Of a DNA stretch of 47,055 nt, positions 19,939 through 30,032 are shown piece by piece. Numbering within the stretch: the stretch's first letter is position 1; each line of letters begins with the position of its first letter. The notes under the pieces were generated by a model. It was not told the origin of the DNA, did no database searches, and saw nothing but the letters and a program-made list of their open reading frames with translations. Both the position numbers and the translations under genes were made by a program. Origin of the DNA: Patescibacteria group bacterium (lineage in GTDB: Bacteria > Patescibacteriota > Minisyncoccia > Phycocordibacterales > JACOZG01); NCBI GenBank assembly GCA_034658935.1, contig JAYEGE010000004.1, positions 1 through 47,055 of the forward strand. The letters run 5' to 3'.

Positions 19939-21660
19939 ATGGTTACATTGCCCACATCAAGTGCTGGGCCGCCACCGAGGAGACACCCCGGTGAGGCAGT
20001 AAAAGTGATGAGGTTTACGGCGCTGAAGAGGCTCCGTGTTCTATTCATCAACATGCCGTTACGGGAATCGGCCACCCCCAACACTCCGCCGCAGGGCCCA
20101 GGAATATTGGCGGCTCGGCTTCGTCAATACGGCGCCGAAGTTAGTTTACTCGACCTAAATGCTTACCGCATCCGGGACGAGACAACCGCAGGCAGATCTC
20201 ATGGTCGTTGGCTTTCCAATTCAGAGGCCACTGGACTAATAGATCGACATCTGAACAAGAACGGCAGTCCTCATATCATCGCCCTCTCGGGCATGATCAC
20301 TACCCTGCGATGGCAACAATTCGTGGCCACGACCGCTCGAAGACTGGTGCCCGGCACCTTCCTGATTTCGGGCGGCGGCTTAGCCACCGAGACCAAAGAA
20401 GGGCTCTTCAGTTGGATACCAGAACTTGATGCCGTAGTTCACTCAGAGGGTGACGACATTCTCTTGGTCTTGGCCGCAGATGTACTTAGATCTAAAACAA
20501 GTGGGAGAAGACACTCCTCAGACCTGGCGAAGAACTTAGGAGAGCTCGATGGACGAACACGCTTCCTCTATGGTGGCGATCGACCTAAGGATCTAGACGC
20601 GCTCCCCTTCGCCGCCTGGGATCTTCTAGAAGAAGACGTGGACGGCAACCCAGTCTTAGAGTGGTACATTGGGATGCCGGTTTGGGGTATGGCCGCTAAT
20701 AATAGCTCGGCCGCCCCCTTCACCATGTCGCGAAGCTTGACTGCTGTCTCTAGCCGCGGCTGCCCTTACGCTTGCGGGTTCTGTTACCGCGGTGCCCAAG
20801 GCGAACGAAATTACGGCATGCGCTCAGAGGCAGATCTAGTGGCCGAGGCCGAGTGGTTGATGGGAACCTATGGTATCGATTTCTTCGGCTTCAACGACGA
20901 CAATTTCGCTGTAGACCCGCGTCGAATCGGTCGTTTACCAGAAGCCTTTAGATCGCTCCGTGAACGAGGTCTGCGTTGGGGCACTCACACGCGCCTCGAT
21001 GAGGCAGCCGATCAACGTGCCGAGCAAATGGCTGAAGCTGGTTGTGTTTATATCGGCTTTGGGGCCGAGAGCGCCAGCGCCGGCGTTCTCGAGCGGATGA
21101 AAAAGGGCGGTTTCATTCTGCGACCACGCGGGGCTGAGTCTAATCAACTTGTTCGGATCAACGGCTTTGACTTCCCGACCACCATGGTTGAGGGTATACG
21201 TCGCTGTCGTGCAGTTGGCATCCACGCCAATTGCACTTGGATCATGGGTTATCCCGGCGAGAGTCTCGCTGATCTCCAGACTAGTGTTGCCTTCATCCTC
21301 TGGCAAGAAGAGCTTGCGACTACGGGTCTAATTGCGGGCAGCCCAGAACATGATCTAGCGAAGTCGGCAGTGAATAGACGAATGTTCACCGCGACCGCCT
21401 ACCCGGGCACTAGCATGTTTAAGGATCCGGCTTGTCGTCAGATTCTGGCTGACAATTTCGGGATCTCTTTCCGCCACGACGGCGAACCAGTCGCGGATGA
21501 GGCACTTTATCGCTACGTCTTAGAGCTCGACGATGCCACCAAGTTGATGCACGGACCAGACGGTCGACCGCTTTATTTCGGCGAGATGCCTACCGACCAG
21601 TTCTTAGAAGCTCGGCAACACGCCGACAACGGGAATATCGAGGAGATTCTCGATATGTAG
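19939..21660 (+). CDS. Cobalamin-binding radical SAM protein
   Basis: LSGMITT, GGGLA, SEGD; SSRGCPYACGFC; DDNF; GFGAES; IMGYPGES. Confidence 0.9.
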   Translation: MVTLPTSSAGPPPRRHPGEAVKVMRFTALKRLRVLFINMPLRESATPNTPPQGPGILAARLRQYGAEVSLLDLNAYRIRDETTAGRSHGRWLSNSEATGLIDRHLNKNGSPHIIALSGMITTLRWQQFVATTARRLVPGTFLISGGGLATETKEGLFSWIPELDAVVHSEGDDILLVLAADVLRSKTSGRRHSSDLAKNLGELDGRTRFLYGGDRPKDLDALPFAAWDLLEEDVDGNPVLEWYIGMPVWGMAANNSSAAPFTMSRSLTAVSSRGCPYACGFCYRGAQGERNYGMRSEADLVAEAEWLMGTYGIDFFGFNDDNFAVDPRRIGRLPEAFRSLRERGLRWGTHTRLDEAADQRAEQMAEAGCVYIGFGAESASAGVLERMKKGGFILRPRGAESNQLVRINGFDFPTTMVEGIRRCRAVGIHANCTWIMGYPGESLADLQTSVAFILWQEELATTGLIAGSPEHDLAKSAVNRRMFTATAYPGTSMFKDPACRQILADNFGISFRHDGEPVADEALYRYVLELDDATKLMHGPDGRPLYFGEMPTDQFLEARQHADNGNIEEILDM

Positions 21661-21667
21661 AAACCCA

Positions 21668-21703
21668 AGCGCCCCTCTGGAAACTCCAGATGGGCGCTCT
21701 TTT
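21668..21703 (+). terminator. Intrinsic terminator
   Basis: AGCGCCC.TCTGGA-AAC-TCCAGA.GGGCGCT followed by CTTTT. Confidence 0.85.
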
Positions 21704-21706
21704 ATA

Positions 21707-22963
21707 TCAATCGAAAAACTTAATTGTTTTTTTGAGAGCACTCATTTGGCCGGTAATTTCTTTCGCCAGGCCTTGATTGGCGGTAAATTGCATTAGTTTG
21801 GGCTGCAGATCCTCTGCCACTGGGCAATCAACACCACGTAAGAAACCCTTGAATTGCCTGGCCTGGCCGGGAACATCTGGGAAATATGCTCCTTTTTTGT
21901 GGATCAATTGCATAATTGGCTCGTTGTAAACTAGGGCCCAGGCGGCGTAAATGCCATCACCACCAAACTCAATGAACTTTTTACGGAAATCGTACCAGCT
22001 AACACCTCTTTTTTCCTGACCCTCATATCGCAAACCAAAAGTGAAATAGGTATTAACATATCCAGCCGGTACTTTTTGTGGCCTAAGCCAATTACAATCG
22101 CCGATCGCCTCTAGATACTTAGCGCCCATATGCTGACGCTTAGCTACCAACTCATCAAACTTTTCTACTTGAGCTAATCCAACGGCCGCTGAAAGTTCCG
22201 GCATTCGGTAATTAAAGCCAAAACTATCGTGACGTAAATACTTCGGATCTTGAAAAATATCTTTATTTTTTCTAAATTGCCCCGTATCAGCTCGGAGGTT
22301 TTTAAAGCCGAGTCCACCAAATTTCCTCATCCGCTCAGCTAGAACCTTATTATTGGTCACAACAACTCCTCCTTCGCCAGTTGAAAGATGCTTAGAATTT
22401 TCAAAACTGAAGCTTCCAGCGTCACCGATAGCCCCACCGTATCGCCCCTTATTATCTGTAGCGAGAAAAGATTGGGCACAATCTTCCACTACTCGTAGCT
22501 TGTGTTTACGGGCGATCTTCATTATGCCCGCCATATCACAGACCTGGCCATAGATATGGACCGGCATAATCGCCTTGGTACGTTTGGTGATTTTCTTTTC
22601 AATATCCTTAGGGTCAAGCAGGAACGTATCAGAATCAACATCAGCAAAAACCGGCCGAGCTCCAGTTTGCAAGACTGCAAAACCACACATTACTACTGTT
22701 AGGGCCGGCACAATAACCTCATCCCCTGGCCCCACCCCAAAGGCCATTAGAGCTTGATGCAGGGTGGAAGTGCCAGAATTAGAAGTAATTGCGTAACGAA
22801 TCCCTAGGCGCTTAACAAAAGCAGACCCGAAACGTTGATTCATATTGCCCAACGAGGAGGAACCGAAGCCCGACTTCAAAACCTCTTGGGCATATTTCAT
22901 TTCATTACCCTGGAAGCGCCAACTATTACTGAACCTAGGTTTATTTGTTTTTGATTTTGACAT
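21707..22963 (-). CDS. DegT/DnrJ/EryC1/StrS PLP-dependent sugar aminotransferase
   Basis: NSGTSTLH, GPGDEVIVP, EDCAQS, SFENSKHLSTGEGG, GFNYRM. Confidence 0.93.
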   Translation of the reverse strand: MSKSKTNKPRFSNSWRFQGNEMKYAQEVLKSGFGSSSLGNMNQRFGSAFVKRLGIRYAITSNSGTSTLHQALMAFGVGPGDEVIVPALTVVMCGFAVLQTGARPVFADVDSDTFLLDPKDIEKKITKRTKAIMPVHIYGQVCDMAGIMKIARKHKLRVVEDCAQSFLATDNKGRYGGAIGDAGSFSFENSKHLSTGEGGVVVTNNKVLAERMRKFGGLGFKNLRADTGQFRKNKDIFQDPKYLRHDSFGFNYRMPELSAAVGLAQVEKFDELVAKRQHMGAKYLEAIGDCNWLRPQKVPAGYVNTYFTFGLRYEGQEKRGVSWYDFRKKFIEFGGDGIYAAWALVYNEPIMQLIHKKGAYFPDVPGQARQFKGFLRGVDCPVAEDLQPKLMQFTANQGLAKEITGQMSALKKTIKFFD

Positions 22964-22980
22964 ATTGTTGATGCTGTAAA

Positions 22981-23748
22981 TTAGATTGATTTGAGTTTCT
23001 TGGTTTGTCGCATTTTTTCCCGTTTAGCCAGATAATCAGCATGTCGATGGATATTAATACTGGTGATTTCTGGCTTGGCCGTCAATAATTCCATAATTTT
23101 CTTTAAGGGCACAGTATTGGTGTCCATTTCTAACCCATCAAAGACTCGTTTGAAGAAATCAAAGTCTTCTTGATAATCGATCGTCAAACGAGCCTGGTCA
23201 TTGAAATAGATGGGATCCTCTACTTTCACGTCTTCTACCACGAATCGACCGGTTTCAAGAAAATAGACCTCGTACATTTCAGTGTCAGTGGTATCTTTAA
23301 TCGCGCAGGCTTCCTTAATGGCCGCCGCCCGGAGACCAAAGGCAAAGGCCCCTGGCACCAACCCAGGAGATGACTTAATAATGTCAGCCGAGCCGGCCCG
23401 CATTTGCTCGATGGCTAACTCATAGATCTCTGGGTCAAAGAAAGGGTCGTCGGCATCAATCAAAAAAACTAATTCGGCGCCGAACCGATCAATCGCCCCA
23501 TTATAACGTTCTAATTTATCCTCTAAGCTACCTCGAAAACAAAGTACTCCCTGCTCCTCGGCGATTTGCTCCAAAACATCATCTTCTGGGGAAATCGAGG
23601 TGCAGACCACCACCCCATCAAGCCCCTTGATCTGTTTGGCCCGTTCAATAACGTGCTCAATGACCCTCTTGCCCCTGATAGACAAAAGAGTCTTGCGGGG
23701 CAAGCGGCTGGAATTAACCCTTACAGTGATAAAGCCTAAGATTTTCAT
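22981..23748 (-). CDS. Cytidylyltransferase (SpsF/CMP-NulO synthetase-like)
   Basis: RVNSSRLPRK, FRGSLED, ADDPF, RLTIDYQED. Confidence 0.88.
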   Translation of the reverse strand: MKILGFITVRVNSSRLPRKTLLSIRGKRVIEHVIERAKQIKGLDGVVVCTSISPEDDVLEQIAEEQGVLCFRGSLEDKLERYNGAIDRFGAELVFLIDADDPFFDPEIYELAIEQMRAGSADIIKSSPGLVPGAFAFGLRAAAIKEACAIKDTTDTEMYEVYFLETGRFVVEDVKVEDPIYFNDQARLTIDYQEDFDFFKRVFDGLEMDTNTVPLKKIMELLTAKPEITSINIHRHADYLAKREKMRQTKKLKSI

Positions 23749-23852
23749 ATACTAATAATTAAAAGTCTCTAGAGAGTAGCAAAACCCTGTTTCTTTGTAA
23801 ACAACACCGGGGGCTTTTAATCAAGGGTAATTTAGGTAATAATGGAAAAAAT

Positions 23853-25091
23853 ATGAATAATTTAGCCCTCAGCTGGACAAATCGATTGAGCCGCTTCTTC
23901 GAGATCGATGTAGCCCATCTCATCAAGGGTGGTTCTTGGATGAACGCCAACTTCATTGCCACCTCATTGCTGGGCCTATTGAGCTCGGTGCTCTTGGCCC
24001 GCTTTGTTTCCAAGGATGCTTACGGGACCTACCAATTCATCTTGGCTGCAGCCAGCGCCATCGCCGTTTTTGCACCAAACACCATGTCGAGTGCAGTGAT
24101 TCGTTCGGTGGCCCAAGGTAACGAGGGAGATCTGGTGCGCGCCACGTCCTTTCAATTACGTTGGGGACTTATTGCCAGCGTAATTGCCCTCGCTGTATCT
24201 GGCTGGTATCTATGGCAATATAATCTAGGCCTCTCAGCTGCTTTTTTATTAGTAGCCCTACTAATGCCCTCAACCCTAGCGCTCAACACTTGGGGCGCTT
24301 ACCTCCAAGGGAAAAAAGAGTATCGGGGGTATTTCTTTTATAATCTTCTGGGCACTGCTATCGCCTATGGCGGAGTCATCGCGGCCATTTTTATTAAGCC
24401 AGAGTTTTTCTGGTTAGCCCTGGGCAATATACTCTTCGCCTTTTTGGCCAACCTCATTCTTTACCGACTAACAATAAAAAAATACAGGCCGAATAAACAA
24501 ACCGCCCCAGACACCTTGGCCTACGGCACCCACTTAAGCGTAATGGGGATCCCCAAGGGGTTAGTTGGCCCGCTCGATGCCCTGCTTATCTTTCATTTTC
24601 TAGGAGCAGCGCCATTGGCAATTTACTCCTTTGCCACCATCTTGCCAGAAAAATTGATTGGGGGGCTAAAGGCCATCCCGACTATGGCCCTGCCCAAGTT
24701 TTCGGAAAAAAACGAAGAGGACGTCAAAACTTTTTTCAAGAAAAAAATTTGGTGGCTACTTTTATTCCTAGGAATAATCGCGGCCCTATACGCACTCGTA
24801 GCGCCTTTTCTCTTCGATTTACTATTCCCGACCTATACTGAGTCTATTCCTTTTACTAGAGTTTACGCCCTCTCTTTCTTCGCCGTTGCCGCTAGTGTAA
24901 TTCACGCTGCCCTCTTGTCGCAAAAGAAAACCAAGGAATTATATTATTCCACCATCGCCAGTCCGCTGGTCAAGGCTGGACTGTTAGTGGGCCTGATGAT
25001 CCCTTTCGGGATCTGGGGAATCATCTGGGCCAAGTTAATTACCATTGCTTTTCAGATCATCCTCCCAACTTACCTCCTCTACCGACGCTAA
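23853..25091 (+). CDS. Wzx-type oligosaccharide flippase
   Basis: About 12 TM helices; LLARFVSKDAYGTY, YGTHLS, LAIYSFA, LPKFS. Confidence 0.85.
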   Translation: MNNLALSWTNRLSRFFEIDVAHLIKGGSWMNANFIATSLLGLLSSVLLARFVSKDAYGTYQFILAAASAIAVFAPNTMSSAVIRSVAQGNEGDLVRATSFQLRWGLIASVIALAVSGWYLWQYNLGLSAAFLLVALLMPSTLALNTWGAYLQGKKEYRGYFFYNLLGTAIAYGGVIAAIFIKPEFFWLALGNILFAFLANLILYRLTIKKYRPNKQTAPDTLAYGTHLSVMGIPKGLVGPLDALLIFHFLGAAPLAIYSFATILPEKLIGGLKAIPTMALPKFSEKNEEDVKTFFKKKIWWLLLFLGIIAALYALVAPFLFDLLFPTYTESIPFTRVYALSFFAVAASVIHAALLSQKKTKELYYSTIASPLVKAGLLVGLMIPFGIWGIIWAKLITIAFQIILPTYLLYRR

Positions 25092-25101
25092 TCATCGAGG
25101 C

Positions 25102-25122
25102 TATCAAGGACTCTCCTTGATA
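25102..25122. repeat. REP-like palindrome copy 1
   Basis: TATCAAGGA-CTC-TCCTTGATA. Confidence 0.9.
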
Positions 25123-25148
25123 TTTTTGGGCCAACCCCGATTTCATAT

Positions 25149-25165
25149 CTATCAAGGACTCTCCT
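25149..25165. repeat. REP-like palindrome, partial copy 2 (contains the transposase stop codon)
   Basis: CTATCAAGGACTCTCCT, identical to 25101-25117. Confidence 0.85.
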
Positions 25166-25823
25166 CGCTGTAATCAATCCAATCGTTAATATAATCGGCA
25201 AACTCACGCCGGCTGGCAAAATACTTAGGAAAAGCAGGGGGGTTAATGATTGCACGTTCCAGGCGCTGATTACCTAAATAATCAACGAAGCTTGAATAGG
25301 GGTAGCGATATAAAAAATCGTAAGCTTGTTTGGGGGCTGTGATAATTTTCTTCTCCCAATCTGCCGAGTTAACGGTTTTGACTGGATTAAGATGGATATA
25401 GGCAAAAAGATATTGGAGATAGCGATCATCAGTAACATGAGTAGCTTTGAAGGGGCCCTCGAATAATTTACCACTCCGGCTATGTTTTTTATTAAAGTAC
25501 ATTGAATAACCAGTCAGTACCTTCTTCATAAAAACGCTGATCCCCCGTTCGGTTTCTTCCTTAACTAACAAGTGGAAATGGTTAGGCATGAGGCAGTAGG
25601 CTCCAACGCCGACCAAACTTCCCCGCTTCTCCATATCAAACAATTCCATCAAGGACTTTCCTTGATAATTACTGAGATGGACTTCGGCCGTATCATTGCA
25701 AGCATAAAGCAGAACTAAAAAACGTAGACGATCACAATCGTCCAGAAAAATTACCCGCTTGTCATTACCACGATTATACAGGTGATAATACTCGCCAACA
25801 GCAAAAGTAAACTTTCTCTGCAT
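25152..25823 (-). mobile_element. Y1/HUH transposase, REP-associated tyrosine transposase (RAYT)-like
   Basis: YYHLYNRG, AYCLMPNHFHLL (HUH), YFNKKH.RSGKLF, YIHLNP, YPYSS; surrounded by short palindromes. Confidence 0.9.
25648..25666. repeat. REP-like palindrome copy 3, in frame inside the transposase
   Basis: ATCAAGGA-CTT-TCCTTGAT, read as YQGKSLM. Confidence 0.9.
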
Positions 25824-25846
25824 TATTTAATAATACCACTTATTCC

Positions 25847-25867
25847 CATCAAGGACTCTCCTTGATG
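25847..25867. repeat. REP-like palindrome copy 4 (contains the GT-C stop codon)
   Basis: CATCAAGGA-CTC-TCCTTGATG. Confidence 0.9.
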
Positions 25868-27549
25868 AGTTTTGTGGCTTGATCACAATTATAGACCCGA
25901 CCACTAATGCGGCCAGACACAGTTTGGTATTGGAGCTGGCAATTGCTGAAAAAATGTTCGTAGAAGCTGCCTTCATACAAATGCGGCATATCAACAACCA
26001 GGTAAGCCCCGTCGAAGTCCGCAAAGCGTTGGCGGTGGCCCTGCTCAAAAGCTGGCGCCGCGTAAAACCGATTGGCATATTTGTGCATCTTCTTGAGCTC
26101 ATAGGCACCGCTATCGTTGTAGGTAATAACCGACGTGATAGCTGGAGATTGGTCGATAAGAGCAATAGACTGACGCAGGGCCCGCGGCGCACTACCGTAC
26201 AAACTCCCAAACAATAGCTCACTGGTCAGTACCCCATTATAAGTAAGACCCAAAACCACCAATAATAGAGCGAGGCCACCTTGCCAATGCCGACGGAACA
26301 AGCCAAGAGCTCCCAAAATTAGAGCACTTAGATAACTGACCGCAACGAATAGGAAGGAGACGTAAAAACCTAGGGGCCCAGAACCTCCAGTTAAAGGCAA
26401 TAGCATGTTCCATTGGAGGTGGAGAGCTCGCGAAAACCACTCTGTCTTGGGGTAAAGTCCTAGAGTGTCGTGAGGCAAGAAATTTAAAGCAACCAAACCC
26501 AAAGACCAAATAATCGCCCCAAATAATACTTTCTTACTTACCCGCCTGAGGTCTGGTAATACATCTGCTAAAACAGCGCCGCCGATAGCCGCCAATGGTA
26601 CGATAGCGAACATCAAATACTTGTCCAAGGCTCCGGCAGAAAAATCAAATAATATGAAATAGAAAATAAATCCCAACACCAGGTGGACAAAAAACACACG
26701 GGTCCTTTGAAAAACTTGGCGAGTCGTAAACAATATCGGAATAATTAAGAGTGGAGAGAGGTAATACACAACCTTAACGCCCTGGATAAAACTCTGGAGA
26801 TAATTCCTATCACTGAGATGAGCATAACCTTTGGCGTGGCTGATCATCAATTCTGGGCGGAAAGCAGGGTAAACCAGGGGAATCAACATTAGGGCGGCAA
26901 AAGCGGCGGCAGCAAAAGCGGCCAGACCTAGAAAAACATAGAGTAAATACTTCTTTGTTATTGCTCGCCAATGCCGCCAAATAAAATCAATCAAGATGGC
27001 TCCGATTACCAATACAAAACTAAGCTTGACTAATAGGCCCAAGAAAAGGGCGCCGAGAAATAGGATCCAGAGATGGGGTCTCCCCACTGTAGTCTGTGAG
27101 CTTATCCGGTCATAAAAATACAAGGCCAGAAGATAGAAAAAAGGCATGATAGCGCCATCGGTATCCAACATCAAAGAGGCAAGAACGCTATAGGTTGAGA
27201 CAGCAAATAAGGCGCCGGCAAATAAGGCGCCGCGAGCGCCCAGACGCCGCCATAAAACCACCAATAACAAGACAAGGCCGAGTACCGCAAATAATAGGAT
27301 GGCTAATCGAAAATTATCAGTCCCAAATAAAGTATTTATTGAGCGATAAACAATTTGCGTCAACGGGGGGTGAGCAAAAGTCTGTCCGGCGACTTGGGCC
27401 CCAGAAGACGAGAGAGCGGCGGTCTTCCATTCATCTTGATGATAGGGCAAGGATAATCCCGGCAGACGGATTATAAGAAAAACAACCAGTAAGATACCGG
27501 CGATCCATTGCCCCCCATTCAACCAATTAGCTTTGCTCATCATCGCCAT
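25849..27549 (-). CDS. GT-C membrane glycosyltransferase (PMT/ArnT-like)
   Basis: Multi-TM protein; HQDE after TM1, HPPL, GLLVK. Start uncertain (27549/27543/27540). Confidence 0.8.
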   Translation of the reverse strand: MAMMSKANWLNGGQWIAGILLVVFLIIRLPGLSLPYHQDEWKTAALSSSGAQVAGQTFAHPPLTQIVYRSINTLFGTDNFRLAILLFAVLGLVLLLVVLWRRLGARGALFAGALFAVSTYSVLASLMLDTDGAIMPFFYLLALYFYDRISSQTTVGRPHLWILFLGALFLGLLVKLSFVLVIGAILIDFIWRHWRAITKKYLLYVFLGLAAFAAAAFAALMLIPLVYPAFRPELMISHAKGYAHLSDRNYLQSFIQGVKVVYYLSPLLIIPILFTTRQVFQRTRVFFVHLVLGFIFYFILFDFSAGALDKYLMFAIVPLAAIGGAVLADVLPDLRRVSKKVLFGAIIWSLGLVALNFLPHDTLGLYPKTEWFSRALHLQWNMLLPLTGGSGPLGFYVSFLFVAVSYLSALILGALGLFRRHWQGGLALLLVVLGLTYNGVLTSELLFGSLYGSAPRALRQSIALIDQSPAITSVITYNDSGAYELKKMHKYANRFYAAPAFEQGHRQRFADFDGAYLVVDMPHLYEGSFYEHFFSNCQLQYQTVSGRISGRVYNCDQATKLIKESP

Positions 27550-28000
27550 TTTTAAATAGAGAACGGACAAAAGCCCCATTGAACACCAACTTGCGATAAA
27601 TCTTATAATTAGTAACAGCGATAATCACCCCACTAACAATCTGGGCCAAGAGATAATGCCAATGCCAATAATGAACCATGCCGTAGACCAATAGGGCGTT
27701 CACTAACATCCCGCCGCCAATGGTTATTAAAAACAAAAATAACTGAAATTTAATATGCTCTTTCGAATGTTCACGAAAAGTCCAGAATTTCTGAAGCACA
27801 AAACTGACAAAAGAGCCTAGGAGGAAAGCTAGGGTAGCCGACAATATATACCATAAATGTAACACTTCATTAAAAAACAGAACGCTCAGCATGTTGAGTA
27901 AGGTGGCAGATCCACCAGACACAACAAAGCGCCCAATTCGTGTCAGCCTAGGATATTCGCTGTCTAGCTGAAAGTATTTATTTTTAGACCAAGTAATCAC
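27527..28000 (-). CDS. GtrA family protein
   Basis: RFVVSGG, SFVLQKFWTF, NY...RKLVF, 4 TM helices. Start uncertain. Confidence 0.85.
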   Translation of the reverse strand: MITWSKNKYFQLDSEYPRLTRIGRFVVSGGSATLLNMLSVLFFNEVLHLWYILSATLAFLLGSFVSFVLQKFWTFREHSKEHIKFQLFLFLITIGGGMLVNALLVYGMVHYWHWHYLLAQIVSGVIIAVTNYKIYRKLVFNGAFVRSLFKNGDDEQS

Positions 28001-28116
28001 AGTATAATCTATGGGAATCAAGAGAAGTAGACGTAATCTTATAAGATTATGCAAGTGGCCGCAACTGGGTTGCTGGCCCGATTTCCATACTAAAATTTTC
28101 TGTTATACTGAAAAAT

Positions 28117-29391
28117 ATGCGAGCCTTGACCAAATACTATTTTGATTACGCGGCAACTGCCCCCCTTGATCCCCGAGTCCTCCGGGCAATGTCTCCTTTT
28201 TTTAGCCACAGTTTTGGAAACCCCTCAAGTTTATACCGATTGGGCCGCGAAGCAAAACTAGCTGCTGATCAAGCTCACCAAATATTCATCGACACTCTGG
28301 GCGGGTCGCCGACTAAATTTATTTTCACTAGTTCGGCCACCGAAGCAAACAATCTTGCGATTTTAGGTGCCGCTCGTTCTCTGCGAGACCTGGGCAACCA
28401 CGTCATTGTCTCTGCGATTGAACATAAGGGGATCCTCTCTGTGGCTTCCGCTCTGGAGGCGGAGGGTTTTCAAATTACTCAGATCGGCGTTGACAGAGAC
28501 GGCATAGTGGATCCACAAGAATTAAGCTCGGCCCTCAATGATAAGACTATCTTAGTTTCCATAACAACGGCCGACAATGAAACTGGCACAATTCAGCCAC
28601 TCAAAAACATCGCCGATGCTATCAAAAAATTTCGCGACACGCATCAGCAATCACACCCATATTTACACACAGATGCTACCCAAGCTGCCGCCCACTTAAA
28701 TTTAGACATCGACCACCTACCAGTTGATATGTTGACGCTCTCCGCCCATAAACTTGGTGGGCCGAAAGGAATAGGCGGCCTCTTGGTGCGTGGAGAAATA
28801 AAATTAGAACCAATCACTTACGGCGGCAGGCAGCAGAACGATCTCCGGCCGGGCACCGAGAACATATCCGCAATTGTCGGCTTCGCCAGAGCATTTGAGC
28901 TGGCCACGCAGGAACGTAGAGAAGAATTTCAACGCATAAAAAAGCTCCGGGATTATCTAGAGAGGACAATCTTAAAGAATATACCGAAGGTTATCTTAAA
29001 CGGCCACCCTATCAAACGACTGCCTAATTTTCTCAATATTTCTATTCTCGACATCGAGGGCGAGGCAATACTCTTACGCCTAGATGATAAAAAGATTTCG
29101 GTGGGGACCGGTTCGGCGTGTAATTCACAAACCCTCGAGCCGTCTCATTCGATTGAGGCCCTCGGCCTTCCCCATGAGTACATTCACGGAAGCCTACGTT
29201 TTACCCTAGGCAGATACACGACAATGTCCTCTGTAAATTACGCCCTCAAACAATTAACAATAATCGTAAAAGACCTCCGCAAGATGTCCCCACTTAATTT
29301 AAAAGTAGTCGGGACCGGGAAACCAACCTCAGTACCACAAGCCTTTGTCAGAGAAGGTGTCCCCCATTTTGTACGCAGAAAAAAGAAATGA
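28117..29391 (+). CDS. iscS: Cysteine desulfurase (IscS/NifS type)
   Basis: YFDYAATAP, ATEANN, SAHKLGGPKG (PLP Lys), RPGTEN, GSAC (catalytic Cys). Confidence 0.93.
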   Translation: MRALTKYYFDYAATAPLDPRVLRAMSPFFSHSFGNPSSLYRLGREAKLAADQAHQIFIDTLGGSPTKFIFTSSATEANNLAILGAARSLRDLGNHVIVSAIEHKGILSVASALEAEGFQITQIGVDRDGIVDPQELSSALNDKTILVSITTADNETGTIQPLKNIADAIKKFRDTHQQSHPYLHTDATQAAAHLNLDIDHLPVDMLTLSAHKLGGPKGIGGLLVRGEIKLEPITYGGRQQNDLRPGTENISAIVGFARAFELATQERREEFQRIKKLRDYLERTILKNIPKVILNGHPIKRLPNFLNISILDIEGEAILLRLDDKKISVGTGSACNSQTLEPSHSIEALGLPHEYIHGSLRFTLGRYTTMSSVNYALKQLTIIVKDLRKMSPLNLKVVGTGKPTSVPQAFVREGVPHFVRRKKK

Positions 29392-30032
29392 ATAAAAAAA
29401 ATGAACAATGGGTGTATAGCCAGATTGTAAAAGATCATTTCTTCAACCCACGCAATCTGCTCATGGAAAACTTGGAAACAGAAGAGTTCGATGCTCAAGG
29501 CGTTGTTGGTTCCCCAGCCTGTGGAGACGTAATGAGAGTCTGGCTCAAAATAGACCCGGCAACTGAACAAATTAAAGAACTCAAATGGCGGACTTTTGGG
29601 TGCGCCAGCGCAATCGCTGCAACTTCGATGCTTTCAGTTATGGCAACTGAACGTGGCGGCCTAAAAGTAGACAAGGCTATGGCAATAAGGCCACAGGACA
29701 TAACCGAAAGGCTGAGCGGCCTCCCCGACCGCAAAATTCATTGCTCGGTACTGGGAGATAAGGCCCTGCGTGCCGCCGTGAATAATTGGTTCAAAACAAC
29801 TGAGCAATACCACCGAGTAGTTATCGAGGGGACTAAAATCATTGACCCAGATACCAAAGTAACTGAAGCTGATATTGAAGAGGCGGTCATTGAAGGCGCC
29901 CGCACAATAGAAGATTTGCAAAAGCGAACCAAAGTCGGCATTGGAAACCCAACCTGCCTTCCAAAGGCAGAGCAATTATTACAATTCTATAATGAAAAAT
30001 ACTCCGGACAACAGTCCAAAAAACAAAATTGA
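29388..30032 (+). CDS. iscU: IscU/NifU-N Fe-S scaffold with a C-terminal BFD-like domain
   Basis: KDHFFNPRN, GSPACGD, TFGCASAIA, KIHCS. Confidence 0.88.
   Translation: MNKKNEQWVYSQIVKDHFFNPRNLLMENLETEEFDAQGVVGSPACGDVMRVWLKIDPATEQIKELKWRTFGCASAIAATSMLSVMATERGGLKVDKAMAIRPQDITERLSGLPDRKIHCSVLGDKALRAAVNNWFKTTEQYHRVVIEGTKIIDPDTKVTEADIEEAVIEGARTIEDLQKRTKVGIGNPTCLPKAEQLLQFYNEKYSGQQSKKQN

Noticed and set aside
4933-21703. Integron cassette array as the explanation for the stand-alone genes
   Set aside because: No integrase, mixed orientations, own promoters, and the hairpins are U-tailed terminators without RYYYAAC/GTTRRRY attC ends.
25152-25823. IS200/IS605 element with tnpB or omega-RNA
   Set aside because: No tnpB or iscB nearby; the single Y1 ORF with multiple palindromes fits a RAYT better.
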